DNA from: the human T2T-CHM13v2.0 reference genome, Homo sapiens
Length of the DNA: 64,000 bases
Assembly (NCBI RefSeq): GCF_009914755.1
Contig: NC_060942.1
Reading direction: 5' to 3' (one strand)
The position numbers and the translations under genes are program-made. A model generated the notes under the pieces. That model saw nothing but the letters and a program-made list of their open reading frames with translations, searched no databases and had not been told where the DNA came from. Below are positions 1-20,160 of this stretch, one piece after another (the first letter of the stretch is position 1; the number at the start of each line of letters is the position of its first letter).

Positions 1-54
1 ATTATTGTTTGATGGGTACAGAGTTTCATTTCAGTTGTTGTTGTTCTTTTGTTT

Positions 55-351
55 TTTTGGGTTTTTTTTGGAGACAGAGTCTTGCTCTGTTGTCCAGGCT
101 GGAGTTCAGTAGCGAGATCTCGGCTCACTGAACTCCGCCTCCCAGGTTCAAGCGATTATTTTTGCCTCAGCCTCCAGAGTAGCTGGGATGACAAGCGTGC
201 GCCACCACACCCAGCTAATTCTTGCACTTTTAGTAGAGACGGGAGTTTCGCCATGTTGGCCAGGCTGGTCAAACTTCTGACCTCAGGTGATCTGCGCACC
301 TCGGCCTCTCAAAGTGCTGGGATTATAGGCGTGAGCCACCGGGCCTGGCCG
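55..351 (-). mobile_element. AluS
   Basis: Full antisense Alu. Confidence 0.9.
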
Positions 352-1078
352 CATTTTTTTTTTTAAGGCTGTGGGCAATAGTAGAGATGCCTGCAGCACA
401 ACTAAGGAGGGTGAAAAAGGAGGTGGGAGGACTATTGTCAGACAGCCTTCCTATACCACAGATTTCTGCAATGGATTAGTTTGGCTGATTCCAAGTATCA
501 TAGTTGGTCATTCTTTAATTTATAGAATAAAAAAATCCATGAGTTCTAAAGGAACATTTCAAAGCCAGGAAAAGACTTTTTAAAATGTATGTTACAAGTC
601 TAGCTGGTAATCCGAAGCCCTCCTGCATTGACACGGGCTTTCCTCTCTGAGTTGCTCTGCAGAGCCCAGGAAAATAATAAAACCTTTATGACCAAGAGTA
701 CTATTTCATTTCCTTTCTAAACGAAACACATGAAAGGCCACCCATGCTGGCTGGTGTGGATGCAAGCGAAACTTAACTGTAAATTGAAGCAACTATATTT
801 CTTCTGCCTCTATGTTGAAAAAACAAACAAAAAAAGAATAAAACAAAAATGATATAATTTAAATATACAGCAACTGCTGGTTTTCATCTTAATAATTTAC
901 AGTTGATGAAGCTGGGAGGTTATCTGTTGGTTTTTCATGTGGTTAGTTTCAAAATATGACTTATCCTCTCCAGGCCATGGCTTTCTGGCTTGTTCAATTT
1001 ACTTCCCCCAGTTCTTTGGCCCCTCTTCTGCACAAATGCCCTCCCAGCCCTCAAAGGCCCTCCCCGCTTCTGAAACTA

Positions 1079-1408
<330 letters not shown>

Positions 1409-1447
1409 GATTCTTTCTAGAAAGACTTCTATAGAAAATTTTTTCTA

Positions 1448-1768
1448 GGCTGGGCACAGTGGCTCATGCCTGTAATCCCAGCACTTTAGGAGGCCAAGGT
1501 GGGCAGATCACTTGAGCCCAGGAGTTTGAAACCAGCCTGGGCAACATGGCAAAACCCTGTCTCTTCAAAAAATCCAAAAATATTAGCCAGGCATGGTGGT
1601 GCTCACCTATGGTCCTAGCTTCTTGGGAGGCTGAGGCAGGAGTATTACCTGAGCCCAGGAGGTCGAGGCTGCAGTGACCTCCGGTGATTGCACCACTGCA
1701 CTCCAGCCTGGGTGACAGAGTGAGATCCTGTCTCAAAACAAAAACAAAAACAGAAAAAAAACACACAC
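1448..1768 (+). mobile_element. AluJ-like
   Basis: Full Alu with cttgagcccaggag J-type motif. Confidence 0.9.
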
Positions 1769-1928
1769 GAAAATCTTTTCTGGAAAGTCTTCTTGGACCT
1801 CTTCAGATCTCTTCCTCCAGTGAATTCTGTGACACTAATTACTTTTTTCCCCCCATGATACATAGGGCTTTGGGCTATGAAAGTATAATTTTCAAAAAGA
1901 TAAAAGCCTGACTCTCATACAAATGTAG

Positions 1929-2356
<428 letters not shown>

Positions 2357-2523
2357 AAGAATAAATTTTCTAAATCACAGGCAAAATTGGTTAATGTCCT
2401 AACGGGCAATAGAACGGTAACCTTCCGAGTTATCTCGGATACTCTTGGAAATCTACTAGTTAACATGTAACTTGAGAGAATCTGAGCCTTCGTCATTAGT
2501 AAATAGCAAGAAGACAAAAGTGT

Positions 2524-2653
2524 ATCTCCCAGTATTAAATAATCCTTGGGTGGGCTCTGGGCTAGATATGCTCCAGTATGATATTGAAATCTCCCAGTAT
2601 TAAATAATCCTTGGGCGGGCTCTGGGCTAGCTATGCTCTGGCATGATATTGAA
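2524..2653. repeat. 65-bp tandem duplication (2 copies)
   Basis: 2524-2588 versus 2589-2653, 5 mismatches. Confidence 0.95.
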
Positions 2654-2888
2654 AGATATGCAGGAGTCCTTTCAGCTTATATCCAAGTTTTTGGCTAATT
2701 TGCCTTCACTGGGTCAACCACCCCATTTCATAAGAGGAAATACAAGTCTGGAGAGATTAGTTTACTTGTCTGAAATCACACAATTGGTAGGAGCTGAGCT
2801 AGAACATGAAACTAAGTCGGTGTGGCTATAGATTATACATCTCCAAATGCATACTAAAGGGTTAGAGATCCGCAGCCAGTGGAGTTAG

Positions 2889-3257
<369 letters not shown>

Positions 3258-3391
3258 ACAAATGCTTATTGATTGTCGTGAAAGTCCAGTGGCCTAGCTA
3301 GACTACCTTTCAATACCACTGGTGAGAAACAACAGCTTAGTAGTATATAACTAGCTGATCTTAGGTGCCATTTAGCGAAAGAGTTAAATGA

Positions 3392-3940
<549 letters not shown>

Positions 3941-4012
3941 TGACTGCTCTAAGGGAACACAGCAGAAGTGATGCAGTGATGCTCCCTGGTTTCTGAGGCT
4001 AGGTAGTAACCA

Positions 4013-5550
4013 TGAGGGAGGAAAATAGGGTTTAGACAAAGGGAATCTAAAGCAGATTCACACTGGCTTCCTAGAACTAAATCAAAAGGAAAACCCCAAC
4101 TTTCCACACCTAAGCAATGAAAGGACAGGAGGCTACTCCCTTTGCAAACCCTGCCCCCTTTTTTCTGTGTGACAGATGGAAAATCAAAAGTACCTCTGAT
4201 TGGTTGCTTTCTGCAACCAATCAGACTGACTGTGGGCCACTACTTCATTTACATAGGGTGTAACCAAGTGTGTGCGGAATAATCCGTGAGTTCTTGGTCT
4301 TGCTGACTTCAAGAATGAAGCCGTGGACCCTCGCGGTGAGTGTACAGTTCTTAAAGATGGTGTGTCCGGAGTTTGTTCCTTCAGATGTTCAGATGTGTCC
4401 AGAGTTTCCTCCTTCTGGTGGGTTCGTGGTCTCACTGACTTCAGGAATGAAGCTGCAAACCTTCACAGTGGGCCTTACAGCTCTTAAAAGCAGTACATCT
4501 GGAGTTGTTCATTCCTTCCAGTGGGTGGTCTTGCTGGCTTCAGGAGTGAAGCTGCAGACCTTCACAGTGTTACAGTTCACAAAGGCAGCAAGGACTCAAA
4601 GAGTGAGCAGCGGCAAGATTTATCACAAAGAGCAAAAGAACAAAACTCACACACTGCAGAAGCGGACCCAAGCCGGTTGCCACCGCTGGTTCCGGCAGCT
4701 TGCTTTTATTCCCTCATCTGGCCCCACCCACATACTGCTGATTGGTCCACTTTACAGAGAGCTGATTGGTCCATTTTACAGAGAGCTGATTGGCCTGTTT
4801 TGACGGGGTGCTGATTGGTGCATTTACAATCCCTAAGCTAGACACAGAGTGCTGATTGGTGTATTTAAAATCCTCTAGCTAGACAAAAAAGTTTTGCAAG
4901 TCCCCACTAGATTAGCTAGACACAGAGCACTGCCCCCCGGAAGGCAGGTGAGGCCCTTGGAGAATTCCAGCGCGGTGTGGTAGGGCCGGCAGTGCTGAGG
5001 GACCCGGCGCACCCTCTGCAGCTGCTGGCCCTGGTGCTAAGCCCCTCACTGCCTGAGGCCGGCAGGGCCGGCCTGCAGGGCCCGCGGAACCCACGCCCAC
5101 CCGGAACTCATGCTGGCCCGCGAGCGCCACGCGCAGGCCCGGTTCCCGCCTGTGCTTCTACTTCCCACACCTCCCCTCAAGCAGAGGGAGCCGGCTCCGG
5201 CCTCAGCCAGGCCAGAGAGGGGTTCCCACAGTGCAGTGTCGGGCTGAAGGGCTCCTAGAGCATGGCCAGAGCGGATGCTGAGGCCGAGGAGGCGCCGAGA
5301 ACAAGCAAGGCTGCTGGCACGTTGTCACCTTTCACAAGGAACCAATGGGAAACCTTTAGAGGGTATTTAAACCCCAGAAAATTCTGTAAAGGGGCTCCTG
5401 AGCCCCTATGCTGAGCCGGTTCCCACCTTGTGGAGTGTACTTTTGTTTTCAGTTCCTTTTGTTGCTTCATTCTCTCCTTGCTTTGTTTTTGCGTTTTGTC
5501 CAATTCTCTGTTCAAAACGCCAAGAACCTGGACATCCTCCACCAGTAACC
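4013..5550 (+). mobile_element. MER51-like ERV1 solo LTR, split by LTR12
   Basis: cttcctagaactaaatcaaaaggaaaaccccaactttcc on the 5' side; aaccaatgggaaacc...aaaacgccaagaacctggaca on the 3' side. Confidence 0.7.
4269..5334 (-). mobile_element. LTR12-family (HERV9/ERV9) solo LTR
   Basis: TG...CA ends; 4-bp TSD CAAG (4265-4268 and 5335-5338); five CTGATTGG (CCAAT) repeats 4738-4860; gaagctgcagaccttc repeats; CpG-rich U3. Confidence 0.92.
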
Positions 5551-6049
5551 AAACGGTTATAGTATCACCTGGTTCTCTATCTTTTCCTCTGTCCGGATGC
5601 TTGCCCTTTGAACCTAACCACCACATTGTGAGAAAGCCCACTTGGAGAGACTCTGTGTGGATGTTCTGACCAACGTCCTTGGGCCACCAGCCAGCAGCTC
5701 CATGTGATGAACCCCAGACATGGGAGTGAACAGGGCTTCAGATGATTTCAGCCCACACTCTTCAAGTCTTCCCACGGAGGCCCAGACATCGTGGAGCAGA
5801 GGTCAGTTACCCCTGCTGTACCCTCTCTGAATTCCTAACCCACAGAAACTAAGAGAGATAATAAATGACTTTTGTTTTGTTTTAAGCTACAATGTTTTGG
5901 AGTCACTTCTTCCGCAGCAATAGGTAATTAATACACCAGCTATGTTCTTGGCAGGTTGGCATTGCTGGTTTAACTTTTCATCCGCAGTTCAAATGTAAGC
6001 GTCACGAGGTTTTTTAATTCCAGCTTCGCCAAGCCATGAATTTGACCCT

Positions 6050-6343
6050 TGCCAGGAGCAGGGGCTCACATCTGTAATCCCAGCACTTTGGCAGGCTGAG
6101 GCGTGAGGATAGCTTGAGCTCAGAAGTTCAAGACCAGCCTGGGCAACATAGCAAGGCCCCTACCTACAAAAAAAAAAAAAATTAGCCTGGCCTGGTGGCA
6201 TGTACCTGTAATCCCAGCTACTTGGGAGACTGAGGTGGGTGGTTTGTTTGAGCCAGGAAGCTGTGTTCATGCCACTGCACTCCAGCCTGAATGACAAAGA
6301 GAGACCTTGTCCAAAAAAAAAAAACAACAACAACAACAAAAAA
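6050..6343 (+). mobile_element. AluJ-like
   Basis: Diverged Alu with (CAA)n tail. Confidence 0.85.
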
Positions 6344-6960
6344 GAACTCTGCTAAATGACATTTCAGCAACTGTTCCAGCCAACGCATAATGACATTTTA
6401 TAGGGAACTGCTTTGCTAGAGGGGAGATGTGCACACTTGTAGCATTATGAAGGTCTCCGGAGGTATCCCTTTAAGCTCTCAATGGCCAACCGTGCTTCTT
6501 TATGTTTTCCCAAGGCTCTGAGCTCAGAAGTTCCCAGCCTGTGAGGTATGAGAGTTTCCCAAGTCTTCTGCCAAAAAACCTCAGTTCAGGAGAAAAATAA
6601 ACTCAAGAGTTCTCTGATTAAACCAGTCTTTATTGCAGTCTGACTTGGAGCTTTTGGCCTTAGTGGCAAAGAAGGTGATTAAGTAGTTTTCCCAGGAATA
6701 GGCCTAATTCAGCTAAAGTGGACTTTCAGGAATATTCTGTTTAAGAGCGTGAGCACATGCTACTACAAAGAGCAGCTTTTGTTTTGTTTTGTTTTTGTTT
6801 TTGAGACGGGTGTCTCACTATGTTGCCCAGGATGGCTTCAAACTCCTAGGCTCAAGAGATTTTCCGAGTAGCTGGGACTACAGGTGTGCACCACTGCACA
6901 CGGCGCTAATCCCATTTTACTTATCCATGTGTTTATTTACTGTCTCCCCCACTAGGATGT

Positions 6961-7302
6961 TGTATTTGTCTGTTTTCACGCTGCTGATAAAGGCATACCT
7001 GAGACTGGGCAATTTACAAAACAAAGAGGTTTAATGGACTTACAGTTCCACGTGGCTGGGGAATCATGTCGGAAGGCAAGGAGGAGCAAGTCACGCCTTA
7101 CATGGATGACAGCAGGAAAAGAGAGCTTGTGCAGGGGAACTCCTCTTTATACAACCATCAGATCTCATGAGACTTACTCACTATCACAAGAACAGCAGGG
7201 AAAGACTTGCCCCCATGATTCAATTACCTCCCACCAGGTCCCTCCCACAACATGTGGGAATTCAAGATGAGATTAGGGTGGGGAAACAGCCAAACCATAT
7301 CA
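6961..7302 (-). mobile_element. THE1 (THE1B-like) MaLR solo LTR inserted in an L2 3' end
   Basis: Ends ...cagccaaaccatatca (reverse of the THE1 start); 5-bp TSD GATGT at 6956-6960 and 7303-7307. Confidence 0.9.
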
Positions 7303-7467
7303 GATGTGAACTCCATGCCAGCAGGAACCTCTGTTTTTTCACTTATATATCTCTGGTGCCAAGAGGCTATCAAATAATAAGGGCTGAATAAATAAATGAT
7401 CCATTTTCACATACTTTTAGGTCATTGTGTAAACATGGTACTGCTACCACTACTAATAATAATATCA

Positions 7468-8149
<682 letters not shown>

Positions 8150-8462
8150 TTAAAAAAAATTACACTTGATAGACGAAGTCACATAGTGAGTAAGCTCCAA
8201 CTTCGAGTCCAGTTGTTAAAATGGAGTTGCCCAATTAGGATGGAGGCAGTCTTCTGTGGATGCAAAGTCTAATCAATGTTTCTAGGAGAGGTTCTAGGAA
8301 GAGATGGCTTGACCAATGCAGCAGAGATCCATGACAACACACAGGCCCCTCAATGCCGGGGGCGGGGACAAAAATTATCTCATCTAATTCTCACAGTTGT
8401 TCTATGTAGATATTACTACTCTGCCCATTCTACAGTAAAGAAGTCGAGCTTTAGAGATAGTA

Positions 8463-8685
8463 CAAGTTGGATATTCCTAATCTGAAGATCAGAAATTTGA
8501 AATGCTCTAAAATTTGAAACTTTTTGAGACTGACAATGCTCAAAGGAAATGTTCATTGGAGCATTTTGTATTTTGGATTAGTGATGCTCAAGTGGTATAA
8601 TGGAAATATTCTAAAATCCAAAAAAATCTCTAAAATCTGAGACACTTCTGGTTTCAAGCATTTCAGATAAGGGATGCTCAATCTG
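8463..8685. mobile_element. Tigger4a/MER46-type MITE within a MIR
   Basis: Imperfect TIRs caagttgga...ctcaatctg flanked by TA; internal ggagcatttt and gacacttctgg motifs. Confidence 0.75.
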
Positions 8686-8759
8686 TATTTTTCCTCAAGT
8701 CACATGATTGCAAGCAAAACTAAGCTCAGGCCTGACTCCAAAGCCAGTTTTCTTTTCTT

Positions 8760-9335
<576 letters not shown>

Positions 9336-9351
9336 CACTTCTGATACTTTG

Positions 9352-9516
9352 AATTTTCCATCTGCCCAGCAGGAAAGGGGGAGGGGTTTGCAGTAGCCTC
9401 TGGTCCTTTTGTTACTTAGGTGTGGAAAGTTGGGGTTTTCCTTTTGATTTAGTTCTAGGCAGTCAGCATTAATCGGCCTTGGGTTCCCTGACTCCAGACC
9501 CTATTCTCCTGCCTCA
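9352..9516 (-). mobile_element. MER51-like LTR 5' fragment
   Basis: Reverse complement of 4013-4180 (ggaaagttggggttttccttttgatttagttctagg). Confidence 0.7.
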
Positions 9517-9841
9517 GGACCAGGCAACTAGAGGCCACTGCTACAGACCCAAACCCTCTGGAATTATTTAAGATATCCAACCCTAAACTGTTGACTCTGC
9601 CTGGCCTGGCCTTTCCCGAGGAAACTCCAGTACACGCCCTGGCTTCAGCTTTCCCCTTGCTCCCACTTCCATCTCCAGACCAAAACCTGGAGCTTCTCCT
9701 GTGGCCCTGTGTGGCAGGGTATGCCCCCTTCTCTCAGGAAATCTCTCAGATAAAAGCCATCTGTTAATGACGTTGGCCTCTCTGTGCCATCACTCAACCA
9801 TGTCCACAAATTCGAATCCCACAGGTACAAATTTCAAAACA
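9517..9841 (+). mobile_element. Old LTR fragment (possibly MER73/MER74-like)
   Basis: LTR-like 3' end finishing in ...caaaaCA; family uncertain. Confidence 0.35.
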
Positions 9842-10201
9842 CGGGACACCCTGAGTTAATCAGGGGAGAAACTGATTTAGGAGGCTTCCTGCAGAACTGA
9901 GTTGATGGTTTCCAAAACTCCTTTTATTCTATCACAGTAATACCTTCATAGTCATATGCACTCGTTTATTTATTTCAGCTCAACTTGGAACCTGCAAACT
10001 CTGAAACAAGATATTAAAATCAGTTTTTTAAATATGGAACTATACCCATCAAAGTATTTCCTACTCTATTTCTTGCCTCATTCAACATCTTCTTGTCGAT
10101 TGATTGATGTAACTGCCAAAGCCCAGAGTATTTCAGGAGCAGAGACTCCTTAGTTTCCAGAAATATTTTTCTCATGGTTCCCATTAATAAATTTTAGTGG
10201 C

Positions 10202-10486
10202 GGCTGGGCATGGTGGCTCACGCCTGTAATCCCAGAAATTTGGGAAGCTGAGGAAGGCAGATCATTTTAGGTCAGGAGTTCAGGACCAGCCTGGCCAACA
10301 TGGCGAAACCCCATCTCTGCTAAAAATACAAAAAATTAACCGGGCATGGTGGCGCATGCTTGTAATCCCAGTTACTCGGGAGTCTGAGGCAGGTGAATCA
10401 CTTGAACCCAGGAGAGGCAGAGGTTGCAGTGAGCTGAGATCACACCACTGCACTTCAGCCCGGGCAACAGAGTGAAACACTGTCTC

Positions 10487-10525
<39 letters not shown>

Positions 10526-10548
10526 TATTTATTTATTTATTTATTTAT
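10202..10548 (+). mobile_element. AluS with A-tail grading into (AT)n and (ATTT)n microsatellite
   Basis: Alu consensus; tail 10487-10548. Confidence 0.9.
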
Positions 10549-10630
10549 TGGAGCACACAGGCACCCAGAGTAAACATTATATTCGCTGACCTCCCTGGCA
10601 GCCATGTGTGGCCATATGGCTGAGTTCTGA

Positions 10631-11011
<381 letters not shown>

Positions 11012-11484
11012 TAGCTGGGGTTTTCTGCCACTCGCAGAAAAGCCAAATCATTACTAATTCAGTGGCAAATGGTGTAAGTGAAGCAAGCACTCAAGGAGGT
11101 GGCAGTGAGTGACAAAATTAATAACTACATGGCTTAGCTGAGATTGCATCCTAAGGACAAGAAAAGCAATAGTAATAATGGCTTGCTTTTTATAGTGCTT
11201 TATAATTTTAACATACTTGCAAATGTTTTTTCTCTTTTGATCCTCATAATAACCTCCTTGGCCAGAGAAATAACAGGACTTTGGTGCTATTCTCCAAGCT
11301 GAAAGCCATCCTCTTCGGCCCTGAGGACACAGCTTTTTCTGCCATAACTCACTGTCTCCACTGGCTCAATTAGCCAATTAGTGGCATTGTAGAGGGCTGA
11401 GATGTTACTTTTTAGTTTCCAATAAAATTCTCAAGTTGGTTTCAATTCTCCTTATAATGATGATAAAGTCAAAGCTCAGAGGAA

Positions 11485-11643
11485 CTGAACGATGGCCCCT
11501 TAAAATTTATATTTTGAAGCCCTAACTCCCAATGTGAATGTATTTGGAGATTGGCCCTCTTTAAAGAGGTAATTATGGTTAAATCAGGTTACAAGGGTGG
11601 GGCTTAAGGCAATAAGACTGGTGTGCTGAAAAAAAGGGGAAGA
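11485..11643 (+). mobile_element. MLT1A/B LTR 5' fragment
   Basis: gaagccctaactcccaatgtg...tatttggaga...gaggtaatta motif. Confidence 0.65.
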
Positions 11644-12050
11644 GGCTGGCCGCAGTGCCTCATGGCTGTAATCTCAGCACTTTGGGAATCTAAGGCAGGG
11701 GTTTGAGACCAGACTGGGCAACATGGTGAAACCCTGTCTCTACAAAAAATTTAAAAATTAGTGTAGGGGGGTGCCAGGCGTGGTGGCTCACGCCTGTAAT
11801 CCCAGCACTTTGGGAATCCAAGGCGGGTGGATCACCTGAGGTCAGGAGTTCGAGACCGACATGGCAAAACCCCGTCTCCACTAAAAATACAAAAATAAGC
11901 AGGGCACAGTGGCACACGCTTGTAATCCCAGCTACTTGGGAGGCTGAGGTGGGAAGATTGCTTGAGTCCAGGAGTTTGAGGTTACAGTGAGCCATGATTG
12001 GGCCACAACAGTCTAGTCTGGCAACAGAGTGAGACACCATTTATAAAAAA
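11644..12050 (+). mobile_element. Alu left arm followed by a full Alu
   Basis: Alu consensus matches. Confidence 0.85.
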
Positions 12051-12399
12051 GAATAATAAAATTTTGAAAATAATATAAGAACAAAATATTAATAATTCCA
12101 CCAGTGTCAGAAGATAGAGGCCTAGGCCTCTCAACTTCCAACCCAAGATCTTTCCAGCAGCCCAATCTGCTTCCTTGAAGGTGTAAAGATAGGCCTCCCA
12201 CCGTCCCAAATCCGTATCCTGTCATTTAGATGTTTAGGGGCTTATGATAGCACTCCTATGTGTAGGCATGAACACAAACACATGCTTAATTTTGGACTAT
12301 TATTCATCAGAAAAATAGTTTTTTCACATAAATAATTGTAATCAAGGTGTGTTTGAAAGTCAAAAAAATTTGTCAAAATAAATGGAAAAGAAACCATGG

Positions 12400-13870
<1,471 letters not shown>

Positions 13871-14007
13871 CGTATGAGACCTAGACTTTGCCCTCTGTGT
13901 GGCCCTAATTTCTTGGGGGTAAATGGCAAGTAATTTAGTACTATTTACAAACTATTTTCATATACATGATATATCAGGTGCTCCAGGCAGTCCATGAGAT
14001 AGATAGA

Positions 14008-15279
<1,272 letters not shown>

Positions 15280-16270
15280 TCATCACACACATTTGCATGA
15301 ACTGAGGCTGGGATTCAAAGCTGGATCTTCCTGGTGCTCTGTACAATCCAGAATGTGACCTTGCCCTCCTGGACAGGGCTGTGTACATTCCATGTGTTCT
15401 GATGGGCTTTGGTCCCAGAGGGGTGACTTTATTTCCATATGACTGACAGTCTCAGGAGGACTCCCAGAATTGGCCACAAGCTGCTGCCCTGGGACATACC
15501 TCTCCTGAGACTGGGGCGGCCCTGAGGGAGTCCACAGCTTCTGAAAGCTTCCCCTTTCCCAGACAGCCTTTGGGCTAGCACTGTGCCCAGGGGCTAACTG
15601 CGCTGTCTTTGTGGCACCCCTCTCTCCTGCCCGGTGTAGGCAAGGACCTAGCAAAAAGAGCTCTTCCAGGCAAGAATCAGCCAACACCATTGGATGGCCC
15701 AGTAGCAGTTGTCCCAGTAGCAATTCTTGGCAGCAAGAGATGGGGAAAGAAAGGAGTCCAGGGACAATACGTTAAATAAAGATATCACTTCTGCATTTAA
15801 ATAGGATGCTAATGAAGCCCATGGGCCAGACTCCAATTTCTGCAGTTTGGAGGATCTTTGTTCTGAGTGCTTAAATGGTGGTGTTTGTGGGCTATTAATG
15901 TAAACTGGTTCAGAGTTGAATGTCTACATGTTTTGAGAGAGAGGCCTCAGCTTGGGCACCAGAGCTCCAAGACCCCCATTTCTCAACTAACCACTGCCTC
16001 TTCCTCACTGCTGCTGCCCCCAAGCTGAAAAGGGTCCTTTCCCTTTAGCTTATATTGGAGAAATGCAGGTGGGCCAACCATTCAGAGTACTTAGATCAGC
16101 AGTCCCATCAGAACCACACAGGGCCAGGGGAGAGTGTTTCCCAACAAAAGGAGGGGCTGTTGAGACAATAGCACCGTCTTCTTCCAGACCATCCCCCCTC
16201 CACCTGAGTCCTCATGGAGACTACGCTCCAGCCACGATACCTACAGTAAACCTTTTATTCAAGAGTCTGA

Positions 16271-16718
<448 letters not shown>

Positions 16719-16739
16719 ATGATTCATTTTCTAAATAAT

Positions 16740-17065
16740 ACATGAGCATTCCAGTTGCTCCACATCCTCTCCAATATTTGGTGTTGTCAGCCTTTTAAAT
16801 GTTAGCCATCTCTGGCCGGGCGCAGTGGCTCACGCCTGTAATCCCAGCACTTTGGGAGGCTGAGGCGGGTGGATCACGAGGTCAGGAGATTGAGACCATC
16901 CTAGCTAACACAGTGACACCCTGTCTCTACTAAAAATACAAAAAAAAAAAAAGTGTTAGCCATCTGGTGGATGTAAAATGGTATCTTCTATGATTTTAAT
17001 TCGCATCTCCCTGATGACGTATCATGATGGACACTTTTTCATGCGCTTATCAGCCATTTGGGTTT
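16740..17065 (-). mobile_element. L1 fragment
   Basis: ccagttgctccacatcctc...ttttaattcgcatctccctgatgac. Confidence 0.7.
16814..16952 (+). mobile_element. AluY left monomer with TSD
   Basis: gatcacgaggtcaggagat...accatcct..ctaacac Y-type motif; TSD tgttagccatct at 16800-16811 and 16954-16965. Confidence 0.85.
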
Positions 17066-17146
17066 CGTTTACTGTCTGTGTGGGAACAGCCAGTATATGC
17101 AGTCAGTGTTTGGAGAACCATCTCATCAGCAAAGCCTGTGATGTGA

Positions 17147-17453
<307 letters not shown>

Positions 17454-17454
17454 A

Positions 17455-18008
17455 AACTACTTTGTTAATCCACTGAAATGTGGTCCTGTTTCAAGAGTTA
17501 GAGCATTAAGTACCCTGATTAAATATAATCCCCTCAACTCTTTCTTTTCTCAGCATTTAGTTTGCCTTTGCACATCACTAGTAGGCCTTTTGTTTTCACC
17601 TCTTAGATCCAATGCACTTTCTTTCTCCCAAATCTGGGGAGAAAATGTGTTTTAAAAAAACCCATAAGAGGCCAGGCGCAGTGGCCCACACCTGTTATCC
17701 TAGCACTTTGGGAGGCCAAGGCAGACGGATCACCTGTGGTCAGGATTTTGAGACCAGCCTGGACAACATGGCAAAACCCCGTCTCTGCTAAAAATACAAA
17801 AAAAATTAGCTGGGTGTGGTGACAGAGTGAGACCCTATAAGAAAACAAAAAACAAAAACAACCAACCAAACAAAAAAATCCTCTACTGCTCAGGTCATTG
17901 GAACATTTATTCTGTTTTATGGAATGAAGTGTTACCCGATTCTAGAATTGTAAATAAAGCCAATTAAGATCTTTCAAACTAAGTTTGTTGTAATTTTGTC
18001 ATTTGACA
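17455..18008 (+). mobile_element. LTR37-like LTR fragment split by an Alu
   Basis: 3' end aataaagccaattaagatctttcaaactaagtttgttgtaattttgtcatttgaCA. Confidence 0.55.
17669..17878 (+). mobile_element. Alu with internal right-arm deletion
   Basis: gctgggtgtgg jumps directly to tgacagagtgagacc. Confidence 0.85.
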
Positions 18009-18089
18009 AATGTAATGGTTATATCCTCAAAAGACAGACAGGAGTCAGGGACTGGCCAGAAAACTAAAAGTTTAAGCCTGGATTCAGAT

Positions 18090-19190
18090 TATAGGGACCA
18101 AGGGAAACTTCCCTTTCACCCTCTGAAGGCTCGCTGAAAAATCAGCTCCCAAGAGGCAGATTAATTGGAGAAAAGGCATACACATTTTATGAACTATACA
18201 CGGGGAGAAGCACAGAGTGACTGCCCAGGCCCCAGAGTGGTTCGGAAGCTTATACTCTATCCTGGCAAAACAGTTTATGGGAAGGGGGAGGAAGACGAAT
18301 TCTGTTGAGGGGTTACTAGGAAGGATGAATGGATCAGGGAACAGAGATTAATTTGTACAGTATTTTGTGAAAGTTTCTGTTGGTGTGGCTGGATTCTTGG
18401 TCTTACAAGAAGGGGAAGAAAAAGCAATTGTTTATTTTGATGGGTCTGGTTCTTAGGCAGATAAAGGTTTTGGGAGAGATGTTGAGGGGGGATATCAGAA
18501 AGACCTTGAGGCTTCTTCAGTTCAGCATGTCAAAGCACCACATTTGGGTGTATTGGTCTCTTTCTTTTCTTTCTTATTTTTTTTTTTTAGACAGCCTGGC
18601 TGTCTCGTATTTTTAAAGTACTTTTAAAAAAGGAATTTTTTGGTGGGGTGAGATGTTTTGCTGGAGTGCAGTGGCATGATCACAGCTCACTGTAGGTTGG
18701 AACTCCTGGGCTCAAGTGATCCTCAGCCTCCAGAGTAGCTGGGTCTATGGGCTTGCGCCACTGCACCTGGCTACATTTTTGTATTTTTAATAGAGATAGG
18801 GTTTCTCCATGTTGGCAAGGCTGGTCTAGAACTCCTGGCCTCAAGTGATCTGCCCACCTCAGCCTCCCAAAGTGCTGGGACTACAGGCATGCGGCGCCAC
18901 ACCCAGCTAATTAAAAAAAAAATTTGTAGAGACGAGGCCTCATTATGTTTCCCAGGCTTTAGGTTCAAGAGATCCTCCCACCTCAGCTTCCCAGTTAGTT
19001 AAGACTACAGGTGCGCACCACCACGCCTGGCTAAGTTTTTATTTTTGTAGAGATGGGGTCTCACTATCTTGCTCAGGCTGGTCTCAAACTCCTGGCTTCA
19101 AGCAATCCTCCCTCCTTGGCTTCCTAAAGTACTGGAATTGCAGGCATGAGCCACTGTGCCCAGCCGGGTCTTGGTTTCTGAGCCTCATCA
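18090..19190 (-). mobile_element. MER31/MER67-like ERV1 LTR interrupted by an Alu cluster
   Basis: gaccttgaggcttcttcagttcagcatgtcaaagc and terminal ggtttctgagcctcatca. Confidence 0.6.
18560..19165 (-). mobile_element. Cluster of 2-3 AluJ-type pieces
   Basis: Antisense Alu matches. Confidence 0.8.
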
Positions 19191-19528
19191 AGATGATAAT
19201 CGTGAACAACTAAGACTTCATGAAGGCAAAGTCAACAGGACTTAGAGATTAAGCTAATGTAGAGAATGAGGAAAAATAAAGACAAAAATGACACCGAGGT
19301 TTTGAACTCAATGATTAGGTGAAGTTAACAGCCCTTCCTTCCAAAGGAAGATCTGATTTGAGGGAAGGTAATTTATGGGTTGGACATGCTGGTGGGATAT
19401 CCAAATGAAAATTGCCAGCAGACAACTAGAAATGTGGGACTGACGTGTGCTGTGTCTCATCTTCCATTTCTTCATTCCTGCTTTTGAATAAAACTAATCT
19501 GACTAATCAGTTTGAACTAAGTATATTA

Positions 19529-20160
<632 letters not shown>

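Noticed and set aside
2524-2653. CRISPR-like repeat
   Set aside because: Two adjacent copies with no spacers, in a eukaryotic context.
4270-4803. 177-aa ORF
   Set aside because: Lies wholly within the antisense LTR12 repeats; not gag/pol/env.
15283-15723. 146-aa minus-strand ORF in unique sequence
   Set aside because: Non-ATG start, no recognisable homology or domain.
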